A stretch of DNA of 29,552 nt from Methanobacteriota archaeon (GTDB lineage Archaea; Hydrothermarchaeota; Hydrothermarchaeia; Hydrothermarchaeales; JACRDW01). Both the position numbers and the translations under genes were made by a program. Below, piece after piece: positions 1 through 6,750 of this stretch. The stretch is taken from positions 1 through 29,552 of the forward strand of contig JBDRDL010000026.1 of assembly GCA_043820925.1 (NCBI GenBank), given 5' to 3'. The notes below the pieces were generated by a model that worked only from the letters and a program-made list of their open reading frames with translations, was not told the origin of the DNA and made no database searches. How positions within the stretch are numbered: the first letter of the stretch is position 1; each line of letters starts with the position of its first letter.

Positions 1-327
1 GCAGCTGCACCGCCGCACAGGCAAGTCCTTTGCATCTATGTCAAAAACAAGCTCTGCTTTCAGCCAGCCTTCTCTATTGTATGGTTTTTCATAGAAAGAT
101 ATGCTGCTGTAAGCTGCATATGGATAGCGATTTTTTAAAAAAATCTCGAGCTGCTCGGCGCTATTCATCTGTTTGTATCTGTCGCTTGGACCAGAGCCGT
201 CGTGGTCAAATCCGAATTCTCTGCGCTCAATCGAATTAACAATAAAATCAGGCAGGTCTTTTTTGCTCCATTCTTCAGTGTAGTATATCTTCCGCTCTTC
301 GCCGGCAGCAGGTTTAAATCGAAACAT
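1..327 (-). CDS. priS: DNA primase small (catalytic) subunit PriS, N-terminal part; runs off the window edge
   Basis: Not in the ORF track. Manual translation from ATG at 327 is open to base 1: MFRFKPAAGEERKIYYTEEW...RREFGFDHDGSGPSDRY...YAAYSSISFYEKP..REGWLKAELVFDIDAKDLPVRRCSC. REFGF and ELVFDID are PriS motifs. The start directly abuts the upstream TGA (328-330). Confidence 0.95.
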   Translation of the reverse strand, partial: MFRFKPAAGEERKIYYTEEWSKKDLPDFIVNSIERREFGFDHDGSGPSDRYKQMNSAEQLEIFLKNRYPYAAYSSISFYEKPYNREGWLKAELVFDIDAKDLPVRRCSC

Positions 328-828
328 TCAACTCTCGCCTTTGTATTTTTCCATACCTTTTGCGATTAAATATCCTCTTGCACGCTCAGCATATCTATAC
401 CGATTAACCAGATTCCAGAAGTCTTTCGAGTGATTGGGATACACGAGGTGGGCTAACTCATGGATAATGAGATAGTCGATAACCCATGTCGGCATCTCTG
501 CTACTCTGTGGGATATCCTGATAGTTCCTTTTTTAGTCGTGCAACTGCCGAATATCGAATTCTGATTTGTGGAGTACTCTATGGAATTTATCTTGAGCTT
601 TCCATTGAAATATTTTTGATTCAATTCCCTTGCTCGTTTAGAAAGAGCGCTGCCGTCAAGCTTGCGTTTTTGCATCTTTTTCTCTATGCGTTTGCTCATT
701 TTTTCAATCCATCTTTTCTCCTCGCTCTCAGAAAGTCTGGAAGGAAGATAAATAAAAAGCTCTTCTCCCCGAAGTCTTGCGCTTATAGTGCGCTTTCGCT
801 TCTCGCTTCGAATTATTTTTACGTTCAT
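328..828 (-). CDS. YgjP/DUF45 (M48/SprT-like) zinc metallohydrolase
   Basis: GSC motif, DYLIIHELAHL (HExxH) and NHSKDFW, plus N-terminal RS.KRKRTISAR; all typical of DUF45/YgjP. Confidence 0.85.
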   Translation of the reverse strand: MNVKIIRSEKRKRTISARLRGEELFIYLPSRLSESEEKRWIEKMSKRIEKKMQKRKLDGSALSKRARELNQKYFNGKLKINSIEYSTNQNSIFGSCTTKKGTIRISHRVAEMPTWVIDYLIIHELAHLVYPNHSKDFWNLVNRYRYAERARGYLIAKGMEKYKGES

Positions 829-2081
829 TTCAATATTCGTTTCTCCTCGCGTCTTGACCCATTCAAAAACAGCTTTCTTGTGTAGTAGCTCAGGGGATTT
901 TTAATCCCCTTGCAGCCTTCGTCAGGGGTGCAGAGCGAGGGCGACTCTCTCCTGACTTTTTCGCAGTTCGGCGTGAAGTACCAGTTGGACTTGCCTGAAT
1001 CTTCTAACCTGAATTCTTCGGTAAGTCCGAAGCCCAGGTGGTAGCCGACATTCAGCCTCTCTATTGGCTGGTCTTCGAAGAGCGGTGGAGAGCAGCGCTT
1101 CGCTGCCTCTTCAATAGTCGGCATGAGCTCCTCCGTAACGACTCTTATGTCTTTGACGTAATCCGAGATTTTTGCATCTTTTTTTGAGCCGATTGGAGAT
1201 ACCCTCGCATAGGATAGGAAGGAAGTCAGCAGAACAGTTATAGCGTAATTTCTGGAGCCGGAAGTTACACCCTCGAGAGTATGCTTGATGCAGGGTGGGA
1301 AAAACTCAGGTTTCAGTCTAAAGTCTTTTACCCCGCGCATTTTTATTTTCCTCGGCAGATGCAGCTTGGATATGTACGAGCTTAAATACTTGGGATTAGA
1401 CGAAGCCTTGGAAATCAGATTTGCAAGTTCTTCCAGCCTTTCATCGCCTTTCCCATTTTTTCTTTGCAGGAATTCATCAATCGAGGCTTCTGTCGTTGCC
1501 TTTGAGAGATTTATCAGGTCACTCAGACTCAGAAAAGCATATCCTTTGGCTATGTGGAAATCTGTCAGGTTTTTTTTTCTCGCCCTTAAAATTGGCAGCA
1601 GGTGCTTCCACTCAACGGCATATTTCAGGCGACCCTCTCTCTGATTTTGCGAGGCAGATTTGAGTTCATCCTCGGGTATGGCGAGCTTTAGGTCGTCTAT
1701 CTGCTTGACCTCAAAAAACTGGGAAAACAGGCTGCAGACGAATTTTACATCATATCCATAGTCGCTTTTGTCCGCACCGTATTCGCCGAGCGCTGACCAG
1801 ATTCTCGCCTCTGTTATTATTTTGGTTACGTCTTTAACAGTCCTGGCTTCATTGCTGCTGCGTCCGTATTTTGCCGCAGCACGAAATAGCAGATAGAAAG
1901 AGACAATGTCCCACTTTGCGTCATAGCTTTCAAGAACCTCCCTCCTTCCCCCCAAAACAATCTTCTTTTTCGCTAATTCAAAAACTTCAATAGGCAAATC
2001 CTTAATCAAAGGAAAATTTTTAGCCGCGCCTGCGATGATATTCTCAGCTTCTCTGGAAAACGGGTTGATAACATTGAGCAT
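825..2081 (-). CDS. priL: DNA primase large subunit PriL
   Basis: C-terminal Fe-S domain: FPPCI, GSRNYAITVLLTSFL, PNCEKV, LC.PDEGC..IKNPLSYY; lies between pcna and priS. Confidence 0.92.
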   Translation of the reverse strand: MLNVINPFSREAENIIAGAAKNFPLIKDLPIEVFELAKKKIVLGGRREVLESYDAKWDIVSFYLLFRAAAKYGRSSNEARTVKDVTKIITEARIWSALGEYGADKSDYGYDVKFVCSLFSQFFEVKQIDDLKLAIPEDELKSASQNQREGRLKYAVEWKHLLPILRARKKNLTDFHIAKGYAFLSLSDLINLSKATTEASIDEFLQRKNGKGDERLEELANLISKASSNPKYLSSYISKLHLPRKIKMRGVKDFRLKPEFFPPCIKHTLEGVTSGSRNYAITVLLTSFLSYARVSPIGSKKDAKISDYVKDIRVVTEELMPTIEEAAKRCSPPLFEDQPIERLNVGYHLGFGLTEEFRLEDSGKSNWYFTPNCEKVRRESPSLCTPDEGCKGIKNPLSYYTRKLFLNGSRREEKRILK

Positions 2082-2090
2082 AAAAGTACT

Positions 2091-2834
2091 TTACTCGCTC
2101 TCAATTCTCGGCGCAAGCAAAAAGCTCAGCCTTGCGCTGGGGGCAAGAAAGTCCATCTTGACCGGTATATTGTCTCCGAGAGAGATTTTTACTGAATTGG
2201 CAATTTCGCTCGCCTTTACCATGTCTTTCAAGTACTCTATAGAGAACATGCTCTTGCATTCTTTCTTTGCCTCGAATTGAATAGCCTCGTCCTTTGCGAT
2301 TTTTACCTCAACATTGCCTAAGTCGCCTTTTGCAGAGATGTACAGAAACTGCTCATTCACTTTTAAAGTAACGTGGTCGCTGATTATCTCTGCATCCTTG
2401 ATTCCTTCGCCTATTATGTTCGGACTTATTTCGATAACGCTCGGGAAATCTAAATTCGGCACTTTCAGCTCCTCCTCAGGCACGTCTATGAGCGGTAAAT
2501 TAAAAGTTCTTGTCGAGGAATTTTTAAATTTTATTCTGAGTGCATTGTTTTCCTCGTCGAAAGCCAGGGAAATCTTGTCAGTTGCACCAGCTCTCTTTAA
2601 TATCATGTTGAACCTGCCCAAGTCCAAGCCGAGCACCAGCGGTTCTTTGACTTCGAACTTGTCAAACGCCTCTTTTTTTAATTCAAAATCTACGAGCGCC
2701 ACATGCGCCGGATCCATGGCTCGCAATCTTAAACCATCGCTGCTAACGCTAACTCCTGCCTCATCTATCATATTCGAAATCGCATCTATAGAATACTTCA
2801 GCAACTTCGGGTCAGCCAAGCTCGCCTCAAACAT
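2091..2834 (-). CDS. pcn: DNA polymerase sliding clamp PCNA
   Basis: MFEA..., LRAMDPAHVALV, FSIEYLKDMVK and C-terminal FLLAPRIE. Start set at ATG 2834, downstream of a GAGGTG RBS. Confidence 0.98.
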   Translation of the reverse strand: MFEASLADPKLLKYSIDAISNMIDEAGVSVSSDGLRLRAMDPAHVALVDFELKKEAFDKFEVKEPLVLGLDLGRFNMILKRAGATDKISLAFDEENNALRIKFKNSSTRTFNLPLIDVPEEELKVPNLDFPSVIEISPNIIGEGIKDAEIISDHVTLKVNEQFLYISAKGDLGNVEVKIAKDEAIQFEAKKECKSMFSIEYLKDMVKASEIANSVKISLGDNIPVKMDFLAPSARLSFLLAPRIESE

Positions 2835-2835
2835 T

Positions 2836-3171
2836 CTAAACACCTCTTTTCATTTTTTCAGATATATATTTTACCTGCTCGTAAAGTCCTGTATCTAACT
2901 TGCCCATATCCTGAATTATCTCGACTTCGATTGCATTCTCGTCCTTTCTTACCTTGCCAATCACCCGCACCAACTTACCTTCCCTTGCGATAGCAAGCTG
3001 CTCAGGGTCCGCAAACAGCGCCGCAATCCTGCCGGTGCCGTCGTCTATCATTGCGGAGTTATTTACCTCGTCCCTGTCAATGACCGTTCCGAGAACCCTA
3101 ACCCTGAAATCTTGCTCGCTTATCTCTTTGATGCTTTTTTCCTTACTCGGCAATCTTCTCATTCTTTCCAT
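2836..3171 (-). CDS. Small single-OB-fold replication protein A subunit (RPA14/Rpa3-like)
   Basis: From ATG 3171: RRLPSKEKSIKEI...RVRVLGTVID...IDDGTG...GKLVRVIG...EIIQD, resembling Thermococcales RPA14. The longer ORF start (3285) overlaps tfs and is not used. Confidence 0.8.
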   Translation of the reverse strand: MERMRRLPSKEKSIKEISEQDFRVRVLGTVIDRDEVNNSAMIDDGTGRIAALFADPEQLAIAREGKLVRVIGKVRKDENAIEVEIIQDMGKLDTGLYEQVKYISEKMKRGV

Positions 3172-3184
3172 ATTAATCCTTCGG

Positions 3185-3493
3185 TTAATTGTACTCCCGC
3201 CAGGTAAACTTGCACTTCGTGCACCTGAAGAACCTTGTCTCAGCCTCGTCAGCCTTTCTCGTCTGCAGCAGCCACCATTCAGCATTCATGTTCTTGCATT
3301 TGGGGCACTCTGCTCTGGTAGTCGGCAGCGTTCTTATCTCTTCCTCGAGTATAAGCAGTTTATTTTTTCTTTTATTCTCATCACTAAGTTTGAACTCCTG
3401 GCTATTTAAAATTTCTTTTTCCTCGCCGCACTTGGTGCATTTCAGTTTTTTTCCATTTGGCAGCATTAAACTGCCGCACTTATCGCAGAACAT
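3185..3493 (-). CDS. tfs: Transcription factor S (TFS / RpoM-like)
   Basis: MFCDKCGSLM..CTKCG and CPKC...QTRKADEAETRFFRCTKC zinc ribbons with the DE catalytic hairpin. Confidence 0.97.
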   Translation of the reverse strand: MFCDKCGSLMLPNGKKLKCTKCGEEKEILNSQEFKLSDENKRKNKLLILEEEIRTLPTTRAECPKCKNMNAEWWLLQTRKADEAETRFFRCTKCKFTWREYN

Positions 3494-3633
3494 TTTCAAT
3501 CCCTTCGTCACTTCGTCGTCTTCGACTCCTCGTTCCTCGGTCTTGACCCACTATTGTACTTGCTTACGCAAGTAATTTTCCCCAGCGATAGCTGGGCGCT
3601 ATACCTTTGCGCTGGGCTCATTTTCAATCCCTT
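3491..3633. repeat. Hairpin-rich intergenic insert A (3506-3618) flanked by an exact 15-bp direct repeat CATTTTCAATCCCTT
   Basis: Direct repeat at 3491-3505 and 3619-3633. Internal TCTTGACCC (3541), ACTTGC-TTAC-GCAAGT hairpin (3558-3573) and CCCAGC-GATA-GCTGGG hairpin are shared with other intergenic inserts. Confidence 0.8.
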
Positions 3634-4021
3634 TGACCTTAATATAATCTTCAATTATCTTTGCGTGGTCGAAGGCAAGTTTTTCTTTTTTTAGCTCGTC
3701 CAGGCCGAAGAACCTCGCATCCCCTGCGTCGCTTCCTCCTTTCTCTTTCCCCCTGCCGTCAGCAAGGTAGCATATAGATATAACGTGCCCTCTCGGGTCT
3801 CTTCCAAAGGTAGAGTAGACTCCGAGCAGCCTTTTTATTTTTATTTCGAGATTTGCCTCTTCCTTTATCTCCCTCTTCACAGCCTCCTCTGCGCTCTCCC
3901 CGTACTCGATGAAGCCTCCTGGTAGAGCCCAGCAGCCTTTGAACGGCTCGTTTTTCCTCTTTATTAAAAGAATTTTGTCATCTCTCTCGACAATTGCATC
4001 TACGGTAACCAGTATTTTCAT
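3599..4021 (-). CDS. NUDIX hydrolase (ADP-ribose pyrophosphatase/NudF-like)
   Basis: Nudix box GGFIEYGESAEEAVKREIKEEAN, RDPRGH and LAFDH. Confidence 0.93.
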   Translation of the reverse strand: MKILVTVDAIVERDDKILLIKRKNEPFKGCWALPGGFIEYGESAEEAVKREIKEEANLEIKIKRLLGVYSTFGRDPRGHVISICYLADGRGKEKGGSDAGDARFFGLDELKKEKLAFDHAKIIEDYIKVKGIENEPSAKV

Positions 4022-4404
4022 TTTTTTACCCTATCAATGTGCTTCAGCAGCTCTGCAAATGCGTCTATCGATGCTTCCCTGAGTTTAAAGTTTTCATCCT
4101 GCAAGCCGCTGCGCAGGTTTTTAGTAAGTATATCCACGCATTCTTCAAGCGTTATATTTTTCCTAACCCACGCATCGAATACAGCGCATTCAACATAATC
4201 CGCCATTTCATGCTTGCGCAATCTTTTGCCAGCCCGCTCTCTCAGCCCGGAGCGAATCAGCGCCTCGGCAAGAATGTAATTCGATACTTTTTTGCCAGTT
4301 GGTTTTTTAAGAGCATTCGACAGCGCAAGGGAGTATATAAAATTGACAAAACCATCGCCCAGGCTCGATAATTCAGAAGCACTTTTTACCTCAAAATCAA
4401 GCAT
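4018..4404 (-). CDS. Archaeal RNase III-domain (Mini-III-like) conserved protein
   Basis: LGDGFVNFIYSLA and ADYVEC resemble RNase III signature segments. Start placed at ATG 4404 after a GAGGTGG RBS; the ORF extension to 4542 lies in repeat B. Confidence 0.7.
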   Translation of the reverse strand: MLDFEVKSASELSSLGDGFVNFIYSLALSNALKKPTGKKVSNYILAEALIRSGLRERAGKRLRKHEMADYVECAVFDAWVRKNITLEECVDILTKNLRSGLQDENFKLREASIDAFAELLKHIDRVKK

Positions 4405-4415
4405 TTCAATCCACC

Positions 4416-4680
4416 TCTCAGCATTCGTCGCATTCGCTCCTCTGCCGAGACCCCTGTTTCTCCTCGTGTCTTGACCCGCTCTACCACTTGCTCCGCAAGT
4501 GCACTCGTTCAGAACGAACGAAAGCACGAGCGACACTCGCATCCTCGCTCTTCATGAGCGAGTGCAGCGCTGGGTCTCGGCACGAGGCATCATTCGTGCT
4601 TGCTATCGTGAAAAGCTTGATGCCGAAGTGCTCTTCCGTTAGGAAGATGGCATACACGCCAGCTTCCTATCGGAATTGAG
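4416..4680. repeat. Hairpin-rich intergenic insert B (longest member)
   Basis: CTCGTGTCTTGACCC (4463-4477) pairs with GGGTCTCGGCACGAG (4572-4586), enclosing ACTTGC-TCC-GCAAGT (4486-4500). 4416-4453 is a near-perfect inverted copy of 6550-6586. Confidence 0.8.
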
Positions 4681-4682
4681 AA

Positions 4683-5162
4683 TCAGTCAAACTTCTTTTT
4701 GAGTTCTGAGAAGGTTTTTTCAAGCTCTTTCAAAGATTCCTTCAATACAAATCTCGGTATACTTTCCTTTCCAAAGTCAAAGGTTTTCGCTTCTTCTACG
4801 TACTTCTCCAAAATTTTTGCGGAAACACCTGACTTCTTTTCCAGCTTTTCTATATCCGCCTTCAGCAATGCATTTGCAGATTTTATACCTGCCTTTTTCA
4901 ATTCTTCTGCTCTCTTCGGTCCGATTCCCTTAACCTCGTCCAGAGGTACAATTTTTTCTTTACCCTTTGGGAGAGCCACATCTCTCGTTTTGATGTAAAT
5001 TTTGGGGCTGCTGAGCAGTGGATGCTCTATTTTGTATGCAGCAAATAAAACGTCCTTGTGGGCGCTGAGAGTTTGGCGCAGTGCATTGCAGAAAGTGTGA
5101 TCCTCTCCAACTATTTCGACCTCAAGCTCTGTTTTTGTCTCTTTTATTATCCTTGCTTCCAC
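4683..5162 (-). CDS. rpoL: RNA polymerase subunit Rpo11 (RpoL) with an internal tandem helix-hairpin-helix insertion
   Basis: GEDHTFCNAL and AAYKIEHPL..PKIYIKT are Rpo11 motifs, followed by LDEVKGIGPKRAEELKKAG...KSGVSAKILEK (HhH x2) before the normal C-terminal helix. Start placed at GTG 5162 after an AGGTGA RBS; lies directly after csl4. Confidence 0.9.
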   Translation of the reverse strand: MEARIIKETKTELEVEIVGEDHTFCNALRQTLSAHKDVLFAAYKIEHPLLSSPKIYIKTRDVALPKGKEKIVPLDEVKGIGPKRAEELKKAGIKSANALLKADIEKLEKKSGVSAKILEKYVEEAKTFDFGKESIPRFVLKESLKELEKTFSELKKKFD

Positions 5163-5170
5163 GCCATCAC

Positions 5171-5740
5171 CTATACCAAGCCCTTGCCATATTCCGGAGA
5201 AATTCTCCTGAACTCTATGCGCCCGCAGTTCTCGCATTTCAGCTTATCCCCGGTCAGGGATAGAGCTGTGTTGCAGTGGTAGCAGAATGCCTTTATCACT
5301 CCCAGGTCTTTACCAACAGTTGAGAGCTGAATCGGCGTCCTGCTTGTGTTCAGAACTTTTGCATAAACAACGTCGCCGACTTTAAATTCCTTAGATAATT
5401 CAGATACATAGGAATCCCTTGTTTGAGAAATGTGAATTCCTCCGTCAATGCTTCCAGGGAGTGCTCTCTCATTTCCCTTTAACTTTAGCAGCTCCACAAT
5501 CGCAATCTGCGGCTTTACATCGACTATTTTTCCGATTACGAGGTCGCCGTCTTTCGGAATCGGCGGCGTGCTCGTTCTTGGCAAAACCTTGATCTTCCTT
5601 TCCTTCATGTCGATAACCAGAGTTCCAGTTATCGAGGCATAGATTTTCCCTTCCTCTTCGTACGCTCCTTCCCCAGGAATAAACTCTTCGCTGAACCCGA
5701 GCTCGATTCCGGGTATGACAAATTCACCACTTTCTACCAT
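5171..5740 (-). CDS. csl4: Exosome complex RNA-binding subunit Csl4
   Basis: VIPG..LG..EEF.PGEG.YE, S1 domain (GDLVIGKI, IHIS, FKVGD) and LGVIKAFCxxC...CxxCG.EFR zinc ribbon. Confidence 0.96.
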   Translation of the reverse strand: MVESGEFVIPGIELGFSEEFIPGEGAYEEEGKIYASITGTLVIDMKERKIKVLPRTSTPPIPKDGDLVIGKIVDVKPQIAIVELLKLKGNERALPGSIDGGIHISQTRDSYVSELSKEFKVGDVVYAKVLNTSRTPIQLSTVGKDLGVIKAFCYHCNTALSLTGDKLKCENCGRIEFRRISPEYGKGLV

Positions 5741-5750
5741 TTCAATCCAC

Positions 5751-5881
5751 TCCTTCGCTCGTCGCTATCACTCCTCGCTCAGTCGTGTCTTGACCCACGA
5801 TCTTGCTTACGCAAGTGGGTCTCGGCACGAGAAACGCGACCATGCTCATGCTCGAAGGTCTGAGCGTTTCGAAGCGCTGAG
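5751..5881. repeat. Hairpin-rich intergenic insert C, overlapping the METTL5 3' end
   Basis: TCGTGTCTTGACCCAC (5783-5798) pairs with GTGGGTCTCGGCACGA (5815-5830), enclosing CTTGC-TTAC-GCAAG. TGGGTCTCGGCACGAG (5816-5831) is identical to 4571-4586. Confidence 0.8.
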
Positions 5882-6469
5882 AATTCTGTAAACATCGACG
5901 CTTATTTTTTTCTTCTCTTTCCTGTGGAATTTGTACGAATGCGGCAGTAAAAATTCCACTCGCTTAACATCTGTAATTATTCCCCCAAGTTTCTCTGCGT
6001 AGCGGGTGACAAATTCTCTTGTTTCTGCCTTGTGCATGGAGTAAATAACCCTTCCTAACTCCAGCGCTTTTTTCAGGAATACTCTGTCTGCCTTTTCTTT
6101 TTTAACTCCAAAAGGGGGATTTTGAATTACAGTATCGCAGCTTCCCTTTATATCTTTTACGTCAGATTTAACCCATGCTATTTGCCTCGCAAGTTTTTCT
6201 GCGTTTTTCTTCGCAACTTTCAATGCTTCCTCATCTACATCAAAACCACGAACTTCTCTCGCCCCGAGCAGCGCTGCGCCTATTGCGAATTTTCCGGTCC
6301 CACAGCCGAGGTCGAATACAATCTTACCTTCTATATCACCCTTCAAATACGCATAGTACAGCACTTCTGCGGCGATGTTTGCAGGCGTAACATATTGCTC
6401 CAGCCTTGCTATGGGCTTTTCAAACGATTCGACTTTTTCGAGCAGGATTTCCAGTTTTTTCTTCAGCAT
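5846..6469 (-). CDS. METTL5-family N6-adenine RNA methyltransferase
   Basis: LEQYVTP, DLGCGTG SAM-binding motif, QNPPFG catalytic motif and FHRKE. Confidence 0.93.
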   Translation of the reverse strand: MLKKKLEILLEKVESFEKPIARLEQYVTPANIAAEVLYYAYLKGDIEGKIVFDLGCGTGKFAIGAALLGAREVRGFDVDEEALKVAKKNAEKLARQIAWVKSDVKDIKGSCDTVIQNPPFGVKKEKADRVFLKKALELGRVIYSMHKAETREFVTRYAEKLGGIITDVKRVEFLLPHSYKFHRKEKKKISVDVYRILSASKRSDLRA

Positions 6470-6549
6470 GATTTAATTTAAGATATTAGAATATAAACTA
6501 GTTTGGCGGCGAAAGTATTCTTTTGCTATGCAAAAGCGTTGACGGAAAT

Positions 6550-6586
6550 GGGTCTCGGCAGAGGAGTGCAACGACGAATGCTGAGA
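6550..6586. repeat. Repeat module D, immediately 3' of tRNA-Lys
   Basis: Reverse complement TCTCAGCATTCGTCG-TTGCA-CTCCTCTGCCGAGACCC matches 4416-4453 except in the central loop. Confidence 0.8.
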
Positions 6587-6588
6587 AA

Positions 6589-6663
6589 CGGGCCCGACGG
6601 GATTTGAACCCGCGACTAACTGGTTAAGAGCCAGCCACTCTAGCCAGACTGAGTTACGGGCCC
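6589..6663 (-). tRNA. tRNA-Lys (anticodon CTT), no intron, CCA not encoded
   Basis: Minus strand GGGCCCG-TA-ACTCAGTCTGGCTAGAGT-G-GCTGG-CT-CTT-AA-CCAGT-TAGTC-GCGGG-TTCAAAT-CCCGT-CGGGCCC-G folds into a cloverleaf. Confidence 0.96.
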
Positions 6664-6666
6664 TTC

Positions 6667-6706
6667 CACGTCCCAAATTCTTGCCTTCGGCAAGAATTTC
6701 TACGTG
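6667..6706. repeat. Perfect palindrome upstream of the tRNA
   Basis: AAATTCTTGCC-TTC-GGCAAGAATTT (6675-6699), extended by CACGT/ACGTG; same CTTGC...GCAAG core as the other inserts. Confidence 0.75.
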
Positions 6707-6740
6707 AAAAGTATTTATATCATATATAATCATTATAAAT
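6706..6740. promoter_or_regulatory. Divergent BRE/TATA promoter region for tRNA-Lys and the frhB-cdhAB operon
   Basis: GAAAAGTATTTATAT on the plus strand about 30 bp before ATG 6751; TATA-like TTATATAT/TATAAATA on the minus strand. Confidence 0.55.
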
Positions 6741-6750
6741 TGTGATAAAA

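Noticed and set aside
30..239. 69-aa plus-strand ORF, and the many other antisense or nested ORFs in the track
   Set aside because: Shadows of well-supported genes on the opposite strand or in another frame (here priS).
4405..4679. N-terminal extension of the RNase III-like ORF and the 60-63 aa ORFs here
   Set aside because: They translate palindromic repeat B; a good RBS and ATG lie at 4404.
3506..6586. CRISPR array interpretation of the repeated intergenic motifs
   Set aside because: Copies are dispersed between genes, variable in length and orientation, with no regular repeat-spacer period and no cas genes.
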